The notes beneath the pieces were generated by a model. That model made no database searches and was not told the DNA's origin. It saw only the letters and a program-made list of their open reading frames with translations. Made by a program: the position numbers and the translations under genes. From contig JBALDB010000007.1 in NCBI GenBank assembly GCA_036918135.1, positions 192,001 to 256,000 on the forward strand: DNA of 64,000 nt, in the 5' to 3' direction. Shown here in pieces: positions 29,017 through 38,565 of this stretch (position 1 is the stretch's first letter; each line of letters opens with the position of its first letter). The DNA is from Nostoc sp. (GTDB taxonomy: Bacteria; Cyanobacteriota; Cyanobacteriia; Cyanobacteriales; Nostocaceae).

Positions 29017-32000
29017 TCATTCCCACAACAGTACTGAAGGTAAATCATCGCTGGCTAACCTCAAAAACTCGTAGCCAATTCCCGCTATACCTCGGAAGAA
29101 ACTGGGGTGGAATACTGAACTAGGTAAATTAACGAACATTTGGTATGCTCCAGTTCGTTTTGCTTTAGCTATGACATTTGTGGCATTCTGGAGGGCAATT
29201 TGACGCCAATCAGAGCGAGAATAGCATTGCGCCCCGACTAACAGGGTTTCAATTCGACCCAAATTGCCACAGCACAGGTGGTCACTGGCTTCTAATCCAT
29301 AGTTCTGGGTGGTTTGCAGAGCAATTTCAATCTCGCGTTCAATTGAGGGAATTTCCCCAAGTCTAACGCAACCTAAACGCCCCAATCCTATCCCGGCTGC
29401 ACCATGACACCACACAACCGGGAAGCTTGGTGGCTGATTGGGTTCCAGGCTGCGAAAATCAGGCCAGTTGGCATGGGATTCACTAAAGACGCTGCGCTCA
29501 TACTCGATGCCTTCGAGTGCTGCTTCGTAGTAAACTACATTTTGAGTCACACTGTAGAGTTGCAGCAAAGCATAGGCAATTCCTGCTGCTCCGTGGGAGA
29601 ACCCAGTTAAGGGCTTTTCGCTTAGGGTCTGCCAAGCTTTGGGAGAACCTTCGTAGCTGATTCGATGCTTGAGTAAATGCTCTCCACAGGCGATCGCTTT
29701 TTCTAAAACGATTGCATTCCCTGTTACTCTATGCAGGGACAACAGCCCTAGAATGGCTCCGCCTGCTCCGCTCATGATATCTAGCTTTTGATCGGCAGCA
29801 ATCAACTCTGGCGTCATCCACTGGGCTAAGGCTTGAGCATCTGGCAACAGCGTCTCATCCTTGAGGAATTGGCTGACTTTCACCAAACCATAAATTATCG
29901 AACCCAAACCCGTCCCGCCACCAATACCCATGAGGCGAGCCATAATTTGCCGAGATTCTAAGTTCAGAGTATGGATTTGCCGACGCAACGGTTGCAGTGC
30001 CTTTAATGCCAAATCGCCAGAACGGGAGTCATTAGTTACCTGAGTGAGGGCGGCGAGAAACAAGGCAACACCAGTGCGTCCGTCATAAAGACTGTTGCCT
30101 AAAACTTGCAATCGGAATCGTTCTGCTTCATGCACATAACCTAAGCCGATCCAGTTGACACTGCCATCGGGATCTGGTATAGCTGTTGTTTCTAGCTCAG
30201 TGGCGATCGCATTGGCTTCGGCAATTAAGTCTGCCGAGCTTAGCAATGGTAACGATTCGGCATTCCATTGCTGAATGTCTTGGGTAGGAGTTTGTGCTAC
30301 CTTAGCATGGAATGAGCCTTGAATAATCGCCGTTTGTCGAGCTAGGTCAATTTCATCCATTGCCTGCAACTGATTCAAGGCGTGTTGGTAACTCGGTTGC
30401 TTAAAGTATTGCGGAATGGATCGATCGTCGCTTGTACTCAGTTCATCACTAGCAGCATTCGCCGTGAAAAACGGAATATCTAATTGTTCCATTGCTCGCA
30501 GTTCTGCACTCAAAATCGGCAAAGCATTGGGTTTGTCTTGAGCAACCAAAAAGGCACGACTGAGGCGATCCAATTCGATGCTATAATCTACGCCATGTTT
30601 GAGATAATCGGGTGATAAAGTTTTTTGCGAGATCGCACTGTAGATGCGAGTGTTGCGGAAGACAAAGCGGACTTGCTGGTGCTGCATTGCAGTTAACGGA
30701 CTTCCAGGAACCAGTAATATGTGCTTATGCATCATCAAAAAGCGATACATCACCTCGAATCCAGCAGTAATTTGTGCTTGATAATCGCTGGCTGACAAAG
30801 CTATCTCATTTAAGCGCGGCACATTTTTCCCTACAGGCCTGGTGACAGACTCGTAATGCATCTGCATATCGTCGGTATTGACGTGCAGCCATTTGGGTAG
30901 TTTATGAGGAACTTTTTGAGAATCTGTACTACCCAATCCACTAACATCATAGGCAATGCAGCGATCGCTACTAAAGTCCCAACGGGGTAAAAGCCCAGTG
31001 CGTAACACAGATTCCCAGAATTGCTGTTCTGCGGTTGTTTCAGACTCTGCGGCATTTGGTGAGTTTTCAATCAAATTCGCTTCATGGTGCAGCAACGTTT
31101 CCATATCTACTAATACCAGATGTTCGCCATTAGCAATTAAGTTTTCATGGTGACAATCTGTTCCCCGCAAAGCGTAAAGTACACACAACAACATTCCAGC
31201 TCGCTGATAAAAACGTTCTACAGCGGCTGCATCTTTACAAGGTTGATGTGTAATATATTCTACCCAACCGTAGTTATCTCGGTTCAATACTTGAATAACT
31301 TTGAAATCTAAAAGCTGACTGTGTTGATTGCACCAATCTAAAAATTGGTTATAAGCAACTTCTAATCCTAAATCTTTAGGTTTATATACGAGTTTGAGTC
31401 CAGACTCAAAAGTGAGCAAAATAACTGTTCGTCCACGCTTGTGTGGGTCAGAAAGGGAAGTTTGGATTTCGCTAACTTTGCTTAGACTATTATTTGTAGA
31501 GCTAAAGATTCGCTGAATATCTGCTTTATCTTCAGCCAGACGTTGGATAAATTCGGTGGCAGACTCTACCCAAAAATTGACGGCTGTTGCTACTAATCGA
31601 CCGAGTACTGGATATTTATTAAGTAGAGTCAACAATCCATCTTCTAGGAGTTGATTGACAAACTTATTATAGTGAGTTTTATTGTTGCTCTTTTGTGTTG
31701 CTACTCCTAGTAAGTTGAGCAAGTTTTTCCCAAATGGACGAACTTGAGAAAATTCAAAATTCAGCGTCTTGGTACAAAATCCTGCCAATTGCTGTAGCAA
31801 ACTGCGCTCTAATTCGCGGTAAGCAGCTTTTGAAAGGACTGATAAAGGTAAGCTGTTTTCAGTTAGTTGCCCAGAACCAAGTCGAGTTAAAAGTTGCTGT
31901 CTGGCAACTGCGATCGCAGGTAGCAAGATATCTTCAAAGGGAATCGGATTTTCTGGATTAATTGGTAAATCTATTTCCAGTGCAGGCTCAAATTCCCTTG

Positions 32001-32322
32001 CCATTTGCATAATTTGCTGCAAAGTTTCTGCCCATGCTGGCAATGGTGCTTGCTGATTCCAGTCGATGCTTCCCAAGCGAGGGCGAATGGTATCAAGGTC
32101 TAAGCTTTGCCATTGTAAGCGTTTATGTAAAGTGTTCCAGTCGCCTACGATTTGACACCAGCGATCGAGCCGAAGCTGAATTTCTCTTTCATTAACCGAA
32201 TTAATGTCAATTACAAATCGTTCTGTATCGAGGCGTTCCCAGAAAAAACTGGCGTTGGCAACGATAGTTGTTAATGCTTTAGAGGATGAGATATCTCGTT
32301 TGGCGATGACTGGATTTTTCAT
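29017..32322 (-). CDS. lanM: class II lanthipeptide synthetase (ProcM-like)
   Basis: Dehydratase motifs LVYKPK, TDCHHEN, DMETL, RFVFRNT, DIPFF; cyclase motifs GFSHGAAG, WCHG, HLCCG. Confidence 0.96.
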   Translation of the reverse strand: MKNPVIAKRDISSSKALTTIVANASFFWERLDTERFVIDINSVNEREIQLRLDRWCQIVGDWNTLHKRLQWQSLDLDTIRPRLGSIDWNQQAPLPAWAETLQQIMQMAREFEPALEIDLPINPENPIPFEDILLPAIAVARQQLLTRLGSGQLTENSLPLSVLSKAAYRELERSLLQQLAGFCTKTLNFEFSQVRPFGKNLLNLLGVATQKSNNKTHYNKFVNQLLEDGLLTLLNKYPVLGRLVATAVNFWVESATEFIQRLAEDKADIQRIFSSTNNSLSKVSEIQTSLSDPHKRGRTVILLTFESGLKLVYKPKDLGLEVAYNQFLDWCNQHSQLLDFKVIQVLNRDNYGWVEYITHQPCKDAAAVERFYQRAGMLLCVLYALRGTDCHHENLIANGEHLVLVDMETLLHHEANLIENSPNAAESETTAEQQFWESVLRTGLLPRWDFSSDRCIAYDVSGLGSTDSQKVPHKLPKWLHVNTDDMQMHYESVTRPVGKNVPRLNEIALSASDYQAQITAGFEVMYRFLMMHKHILLVPGSPLTAMQHQQVRFVFRNTRIYSAISQKTLSPDYLKHGVDYSIELDRLSRAFLVAQDKPNALPILSAELRAMEQLDIPFFTANAASDELSTSDDRSIPQYFKQPSYQHALNQLQAMDEIDLARQTAIIQGSFHAKVAQTPTQDIQQWNAESLPLLSSADLIAEANAIATELETTAIPDPDGSVNWIGLGYVHEAERFRLQVLGNSLYDGRTGVALFLAALTQVTNDSRSGDLALKALQPLRRQIHTLNLESRQIMARLMGIGGGTGLGSIIYGLVKVSQFLKDETLLPDAQALAQWMTPELIAADQKLDIMSGAGGAILGLLSLHRVTGNAIVLEKAIACGEHLLKHRISYEGSPKAWQTLSEKPLTGFSHGAAGIAYALLQLYSVTQNVVYYEAALEGIEYERSVFSESHANWPDFRSLEPNQPPSFPVVWCHGAAGIGLGRLGCVRLGEIPSIEREIEIALQTTQNYGLEASDHLCCGNLGRIETLLVGAQCYSRSDWRQIALQNATNVIAKAKRTGAYQMFVNLPSSVFHPSFFRGIAGIGYEFLRLASDDLPSVLLWE

Positions 32323-32464
32323 AATGCTGGCTTGACAAGAGCAGAAAAGCAGAGGTGTGGAAGTGCAGAGGAGCAGAGGGATAGGAGTTAGTTTATTTCT
32401 TCCCCTTCCCCTTCTCCTTACATCTAATCTCAATCAATAATATTGTTAGCTAAGTGCTGAAATA

Positions 32465-32752
32465 TCAACATTGACCATTACCCTTGGGACAATCGGTACA
32501 ACATGACATGTGGCTGTGACCAGTGTTAGCCATCCCTCCACTAACGCTCAGTAATTCTTCTTCACTCAGTTCGCCGAATTCCATAGATGTTAACTCATTC
32601 AGTACTTGAGACACGCTTTCGACTGTAAAGTTATAACCTTTTTCTGCACTGGCAACTAACAGTAGTTTGATGGCTTCTGCTTCGTTAGCTGCTGCTGTTA
32701 ATTTTTGTTGTAGTTGAGCGTTTTCAAGTAATTCTTTGATTTGTTGTAGCAT
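32465..32752 (-). CDS. Nif11-leader lanthipeptide precursor 1; core MANTGHSHMSCCTDCPKGNGQC
   Basis: AEKGYNFT..ELSEEELLSVSGG double-glycine leader; adjacent to lanM. Confidence 0.93.
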   Translation of the reverse strand: MLQQIKELLENAQLQQKLTAAANEAEAIKLLLVASAEKGYNFTVESVSQVLNELTSMEFGELSEEELLSVSGGMANTGHSHMSCCTDCPKGNGQC

Positions 32753-32845
32753 TTCCGTATCCTCTGTTTTGTTTGACTTAGTGCAGAGTTGTGCTTGTTT
32801 TGTGCGGTATTCTCTGCTTTGATGATTTGAATTTAGAAAGTAATA

Positions 32846-32863
32846 GGGTGAAACTAGGGGAGA
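32846..32863 (-). promoter_or_regulatory. shared cluster promoter motif, copy 2
   Basis: GGGTGAAACTAGGGGAGA. Confidence 0.55.
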
Positions 32864-33012
32864 TAGTTGCAATTAGAGAAAATTTTTAGACAATTTAATT
32901 GAAGCCTTGGGTACTAGGAAAATAGGAATTGGATTAGTTTTAAGTTCTCACTCTTTCCCTTCCCCTTACATCTAGTCTCAATGAATAATATTGTTGGCTA
33001 AGTGCCGAAATT

Positions 33013-33303
33013 TCAACACTGACCATTACCCTTGGGACAATCGGTACAACATGACATGTGGACGTGACCAGTGTTAGCCATCATCCCGCCGCTAACACTG
33101 AGTAATTCCTCTTCGCTGAGTTCGTTGGAATCTACAAAGGTCAACTCTGCTAACATTTGAGACAGGTTTTCGACTGTGAAGTTATAACCTTTTTCTGCAC
33201 TAGCGATCGCTACTAGTTTGATGGCTTCTGCTTGGGTAGCTGCTGCTGTTAATTTTTGTTGTAGTTGAGCGTTTTCAAGTAATTCTTTAATTTGTTGTAG
33301 CAT
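33013..33303 (-). CDS. Nif11-leader lanthipeptide precursor 2; core MMANTGHVHMSCCTDCPKGNGQC
   Basis: Same leader type, ELSEEELLSVSGG cleavage motif. Confidence 0.93.
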   Translation of the reverse strand: MLQQIKELLENAQLQQKLTAAATQAEAIKLVAIASAEKGYNFTVENLSQMLAELTFVDSNELSEEELLSVSGGMMANTGHVHMSCCTDCPKGNGQC

Positions 33304-33396
33304 TTCCGTATCCTCTGTTTTGTTTGACTTAGTGCAGAGTTGCGCTTGTTTTGTGCGGTCTTCTCTGCTTTGATGATTTGAATTTAGAGAGTAATA

Positions 33397-33414
33397 GGGG
33401 AGAACTAGGGGAAA
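33397..33414 (-). promoter_or_regulatory. shared cluster promoter motif, copy 3
   Basis: GGGGAGAACTAGGGGAAA. Confidence 0.6.
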
Positions 33415-33462
33415 TACTTACAACTAGAGAAAAATTTTTTAGAACCCCGCTTCCATTCCTCT

Positions 33463-33676
33463 CTCAGATGTTGCACCATTCTCAAGAAGACGTATTTTAG
33501 GCATTTTGGCGATCGCATCGCCCCGCCCAAAATTCGAGTTAACAGAAAAAGTCCACGCAAGCGTGGACTCTTGCTTGAGCCAACTGAGCAAAGTTTCAGT
33601 CCGTTGAAACGGACTTCGTTCTGTTAGCCCGTAATTCATTGCAGGGCGGGCTGATGCCAGAGGTGCAAGATTTCAG
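33463..33676. mobile_element. MITE-like element with internal REP-like palindromes
   Basis: TIRs CTCAGATGTTGCACC / GGTGCAAGATTTCAG; internal AGTCCACGCAAGCGTGGACT and AGTCCGTTGAAACGGACT hairpins. Confidence 0.65.
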
Positions 33677-33894
33677 GATATGGCAGTGAAACTATTCTTA
33701 ATAGATTAGCTGTTAATAAATGTTAAAGTATGAATTTTATGTATTGACAAATTTACTTTATTGTATATATTCAATATTTTTGCGATCGGAATACGATCCT
33801 TATGTATTTTACTTTGGACGAAAAGTGGGAGAATGTCTCCTAAGAAATAGTACTTACAAATAATGATAATCACTATGATACCAGTCACGAATAG

Positions 33895-34078
33895 GTTACA
33901 TGCGCTTGGCTTCTAGAGCGCACTGGAGCCAAAAAACTCCTCAACCGAGTTTCATTATATGGACAGTCGCACCAATCGCTTACATACGATTTAGATGGAT
34001 GGTAGGGATCGAGGAGAAGACTTTATGCGTTAGGTGATGGATGTGTAACGGTGGATTGTTGAGGTCGTCAAGAAACCT
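33895..34078 (+). pseudogene. decayed IS5-family (IS1031-like) transposase fragment
   Basis: LERTGAKKLLNR, a frameshift, then RLHTI*MDGRDRGEDFMR*VMDV*RWIVEVV; resembles RLHTIW.DGG..G..FM.WVMD..RWIV.VV with Trp codons mutated to TAG. Confidence 0.7.
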
Positions 34079-34500
34079 TTTGCTATTTCTGGATAAGTTT
34101 TAATAACACAAATGTGTAATTAATCAGGAGAACATTCTCACGACTTGTGGATCTTAGCACCTGCTACCGTAGAGGCTTCTTTTAGAGGTTTAGACGATAC
34201 AGGGAGGCACGATCCGGAGGAAATAAGTGATGGAGAGGATGATGATGATGATGCTCCTACTTGGTTCTAATTCATCTGGACTACCGTCTTTTTCTCGTTC
34301 GTCGTGGTTTTGTGTCGTGTTGCGTGTTTGACGGCGACGACGCAAAATAAGTTCAATTAAAGTCAACGACTCTCTCAACAAAGCCGTTGACATTAATTTT
34401 GTATTGAGCAGCCCCACAAGAAATATATAATTTCAGATTATCCAAGCTAGATACGGTTTATCTTGTTTTTGTATCAGACAGAGAAAGACCTCTAGTGTGA

Positions 34501-35463
34501 CTACGCTGGCATCAATTGCTGGATGCGCTGTGGTTCTTCTCCTAGCCAATCTGGATTTTGGGCAGTGCTGTCGAAAATTGATGAAGTTTTAAATGGCTCA
34601 AACTCTCCGCGTGATGCTGCTTGTGCCGTTTTTGCTAAGAGCGATCGCACTTGCTGTTCGTTCATTGGCTGGAATGTTTGCACTGCTGTAAAGGCTTGCT
34701 CTAAAATCTCCATGCTGTCAATTCCGGTAATTACAACCGATGTTGGCAGATTCAGAGCATACTGTAAACATTCAATTGCCGTTACAGTATTGGAGCGCAA
34801 AAGTATACCGTTTGCTAAACTTTTCATTCCCAGAACGCCGATATTTTGTTTAACCAGTTCTGGCACAACTAGTTTCTCAAAGCTGCGGTAATGTGCATCC
34901 ATTACATTTAGTGGCATCTGCACTGAATCAAATTTAAACTCCTGACTGGCTGCAACTTCCAACATGTGGAGATGCACATGAGGGTCTTTGTGTCCGGTGA
35001 AGCCAATATATCGCAGTTTGCCAGCTTCCCGTGCTTCAATAAAGGCAGCATTCGCCCCTTCTGGGTCGAAAACTCGATGCGGATCTTCGTAGCGAATAAT
35101 TTCGTGGTGCTGAACGAGATCGATACAATCTACTTGCAAACGTCGAAGTGATTCGTCTATCTGTTTTGCTGCTGCTTTCTTAGAGCGACCATCAATTTTG
35201 GTCATCAGAAATACTTTGTCTCGGTAGCCATCGCGTAGTGCTTTCCCCATGCGAATTTCGCTGACTCCGTCGTTGTAATCCCAACTATTATCCAAAAAAG
35301 TAATGCCGCGATCGATTGCTGTGCGAACAATCCGGATACCCAGTTGCTCATCAACGTTCTTCAAACCGATGTGCCAACCACCAAGTCCGATGGCAGAAAC
35401 TTTCTCTCCTGTACTACCAAGAACTCGATACAGCATTTCTGAATTTGACGTAGTTCCGGACAT
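34501..35463 (-). CDS. aldo/keto reductase
   Basis: LGSTGEKVSAIGLGG, FLDNSWDY, VFLMTK, IGFTGH. Confidence 0.93.
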   Translation of the reverse strand: MSGTTSNSEMLYRVLGSTGEKVSAIGLGGWHIGLKNVDEQLGIRIVRTAIDRGITFLDNSWDYNDGVSEIRMGKALRDGYRDKVFLMTKIDGRSKKAAAKQIDESLRRLQVDCIDLVQHHEIIRYEDPHRVFDPEGANAAFIEAREAGKLRYIGFTGHKDPHVHLHMLEVAASQEFKFDSVQMPLNVMDAHYRSFEKLVVPELVKQNIGVLGMKSLANGILLRSNTVTAIECLQYALNLPTSVVITGIDSMEILEQAFTAVQTFQPMNEQQVRSLLAKTAQAASRGEFEPFKTSSIFDSTAQNPDWLGEEPQRIQQLMPA

Positions 35464-35751
35464 CTGTTCTCCTTGTATATCAGCTACTACTTTAGTGCAT
35501 ACAGCTGCGTTGCTAATTTAAATATCAAGAAAATCTCACAAAATCTTTCTTGAGATACACTTTTCAACTCAACGAGGCAGGATTTTCATTGGTAGTTAGT
35601 ATTTCTTCCTGACTCTGCATTGCCTGGTTTTTTGAAAGTTAAAAAAATTAGCAAATTACGAATGATAACTGACAACAAACGCGAACTTTGTCACAATGAG
35701 TTCGTCGATAATTGTTATTAGTTAAGAAAGCAAATTTGAAGGAGTCGGACT

Positions 35752-36474
35752 CTGAAAGACTTTGAATTCAAAGGTGTTGAAAAACTTATTGGGCCAATAG
35801 CGGCGCTTCTTGGGTTTGTCTGTTTGTTGCAGTGGTATATTCAAGGAGAATTGCGATCGCCCTCCGATCCAATCTTTGAAGTTAGACAGCCACCTTTGGT
35901 GATGAAGCAGGGTGACCCTTACATCCGCGCTTTAATGCGAACTATCTCCGCAAGTGAGGCAAATAGTAACCGTCCATATTCTCTGTTGTATGGTGGACAA
36001 CAAGTTAGCGACCTCAGCCGACATCCTGAGATATGTGTCGCAATTCTCACAGGCCCTAACATAGGTAATTGTTCCACTGCTGCTGGTAGATATCAAATAA
36101 TTAATACTACCTGGTATCGTATAGCTCCTCGTTATCACCCGAACCCAATGCGGTTGATGTTTTGGGTTAATTATAGTTTTGAACCAGAGTATCAAGACAT
36201 AGTAGTTTACCGTTGGTTAGATGATTCAAAAGTTTGGGGAACTAATATTTCTCAACTCTTGCGTCAGGGAAAATTAAATGATGTTTTGCGCCGACTTTCT
36301 CCTACTTGGACAAGTTTAGGATATGGCATAGAAACTAACTCTATTAGTAGCTCTTTGCCTAAAATTTATCAGAAAATGTTGCAAGAGGAATTAAATGCAG
36401 CAAAGCAACCACCAACCCCAAATTTGAGTTCATCTCCAACTCCTTCTAATAAACAAAAGCAGCCAAAAAAGTAG
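35752..36474 (+). CDS. lambda-lysozyme-like muramidase (GH24/GH104-type), probably membrane anchored; CTG start proposed (TTG at 35824 is the alternative)
   Basis: RALMRTISASE, STAAGRYQ, WTSL motifs; AAGGAG 7 nt before the in-frame CTG. Confidence 0.8.
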   Translation: MKDFEFKGVEKLIGPIAALLGFVCLLQWYIQGELRSPSDPIFEVRQPPLVMKQGDPYIRALMRTISASEANSNRPYSLLYGGQQVSDLSRHPEICVAILTGPNIGNCSTAAGRYQIINTTWYRIAPRYHPNPMRLMFWVNYSFEPEYQDIVVYRWLDDSKVWGTNISQLLRQGKLNDVLRRLSPTWTSLGYGIETNSISSSLPKIYQKMLQEELNAAKQPPTPNLSSSPTPSNKQKQPKK

Positions 36475-37793
36475 CAAAGTACCATCTTATAGCAATACTT
36501 GAATCATTAGTGAATGACAAGATTCGTAACCTTCTAAAAAGTTGCTTTCTGTGAGTGTTAAGCGCTTATCAAGTATCTAACACTCACAGTTTGCTAAACC
36601 ATGATTTTGTAGTTGTAATATAACTTAACTTTGTTTTCTGCGATCGCCTGTAGCTGATTTAGATAATCAGGCTTATTGAGTAATCAAAATATCTTCTTTC
36701 TCCGTAGTTAATTAAACCTTTGTTATATTTAAAACATTAAATACCAGGACAAACAATAATAGTATTAAATTCTAAAATACTAGGCATGTGTAAGTCAATT
36801 GACTTTTAGTTTCAACTATTTCTCATAAAATTTTATGAAGAGTTAGTTACAATTCACGGTGTACAACTTTGACAACTGTCCACAAAAGTGTTGCACGTCT
36901 CAAGCTCATGATAATATTATTTTACAGTCGAGAGATATTATTTTATACATTGAGTTAAACCATGCTGAAACAGCTAGTCAGGTGTGCTACTTCCAAAAAA
37001 ACAAAACATTATTTAATCTCTCACCAGAATCAGTAAAAACCATACTGTACAAAGTACAGAGCTTTTATAATTCTGGTTATAGAAGCTATTAATTAGCTAA
37101 AAAAGCTCTTTTTTAGTAAACATTCTGAATAGGAAGGTAATTTAAAAACCTTCTTAACAATGGCAAAAAATTAGCTCTTTGATATAAAAAAATTGACAAT
37201 ATGTCAGTTGTTTTTCGTATATCTAAAAATATCGAAAAGCAGATTTTGTCTTGTCAAAAAACTTTAATATTGTGTGTTTTCCTTAGATGATGTTTGTGTC
37301 TATTCACGTGGAGTTATCTATATAAAATCATCCTATTTAATTTATGAAAACCTAGCTAACCTTTGATTGTACTGATTTGAGATTTGAGATTAAATCACAC
37401 CCCTAATGGGTAGAACAAATCCTTTCATCCCAAATTTCAAATCATCACTAGATGACTCACTAACGCTACGCTATCAAGTCCCATACCTTGTGGTCTATTG
37501 GAATCCAAAAGACGCTTGGGGACTTGCTAATGCTACGCGGCAATTTTGTCTTGAGAAGCTTTAATGCCTTCTGTTGTCTACCAGACCTTACCGTAGCTTG
37601 CTTCTTTGTAGGAGTAAGGCAAGCGCCTTTGGCTCTACGTAGGAAATCTGCGCTCAAACCTTTCGCCAAATCCGAATTAATTGACCAGATGAAGCAAACA
37701 CTTAAATTTAGTAAATGATTTAACACTACTAAATCGATCTGATTTAATAACGACTTAATTATTGACAACGTAAGTAAAAGTAACAGGTAAAAC

Positions 37794-38435
37794 ATGAATA
37801 CTATTATTCGTTTGTTTGGAGCGTTTGTTTTCCAAGTGTCTGCGTTGGCTGCAATGTCTAATATTGCAATGTCTGATGACAAGCCTATACGTGTTAACAC
37901 TCAACAGACCCCTGTCGTTCCTCAACAGAAAATAACCCAGAGGATTTGCTCTCTAGACCCGATTGAAGATTTATTACCTCCACCACAAACCAAGGCAACT
38001 AATTCTTTGCTTTCTTACCTTGCTGAACAAGGTTTTACACAAAATAAAGAGGGTTCGTGGGTTTGTTATGCGAACGACCCTAAACAAGAAGGGCGTTACT
38101 TTACTATTTTTAAAGTTAAACAAGTTGATAACAGGCTCGTAGCAAGTTCTTTTTTAGATGAGGGTAGTCTGATTCAAGGTCAGGAAAATCGCAGCTTGGA
38201 CTTTTTTATGATGGTGATTGAGCATCACATGAATACTAGCCAAGAGAACCGTCAAGGTATACGTCGATATTTAGAAGCCTTCGTTTCCCTAGTCAAAGAA
38301 GGGAAGATTAAACCCACACGTCGTGGGTTTCTTTTTGACCAGCCAAACCGGGCATTAGTCTTGTATCACACACTCTCATCAGGAAATCTCAAAGGTACTG
38401 GAATCACAATCAATATTTATTTACCTAAGAGTTGA
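37794..38435 (+). CDS. hypothetical protein with a probable signal peptide
   Basis: 213-aa ORF with a hydrophobic N-terminus; no motif recognised. Confidence 0.7.
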   Translation: MNTIIRLFGAFVFQVSALAAMSNIAMSDDKPIRVNTQQTPVVPQQKITQRICSLDPIEDLLPPPQTKATNSLLSYLAEQGFTQNKEGSWVCYANDPKQEGRYFTIFKVKQVDNRLVASSFLDEGSLIQGQENRSLDFFMMVIEHHMNTSQENRQGIRRYLEAFVSLVKEGKIKPTRRGFLFDQPNRALVLYHTLSSGNLKGTGITINIYLPKS

Positions 38436-38565
38436 AGTGAGGAGTGGGGACACTTCGTTGAGCTTCAGTGCATCGCTGGGGACTGGGGAAGAGTTTTCCT
38501 AACCTAATACCCAATCCCCAATACCTAATACCCAATACCCAATCCTCATTTAGTGGAGGTACATC

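Larger units (their letters stand above)
32401..33440. repeat. tandem duplication (~550-bp period) of the promoter + precursor unit
   Basis: 32401-32888 and 32952-33440 share near-identical 5' UTR, gene and 3' flank. Confidence 0.9.

Noticed and set aside
32323..32433. N-terminal extension of LanM in the ORF track (likewise precursor 1 to 32872)
   Set aside because: The LanM extension is purine/pyrimidine repeat sequence; the precursor 1 extension is the duplicated UTR, and precursor 2 fixes the true start at MLQQIK
33863..33994. Two short ORFs sharing TNRLH as a peptide cassette
   Set aside because: The second is better explained as part of the IS5 transposase relic; the match is short
35752..36474. 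Prophage lysis module
   Set aside because: No holin, structural or integrase genes nearby
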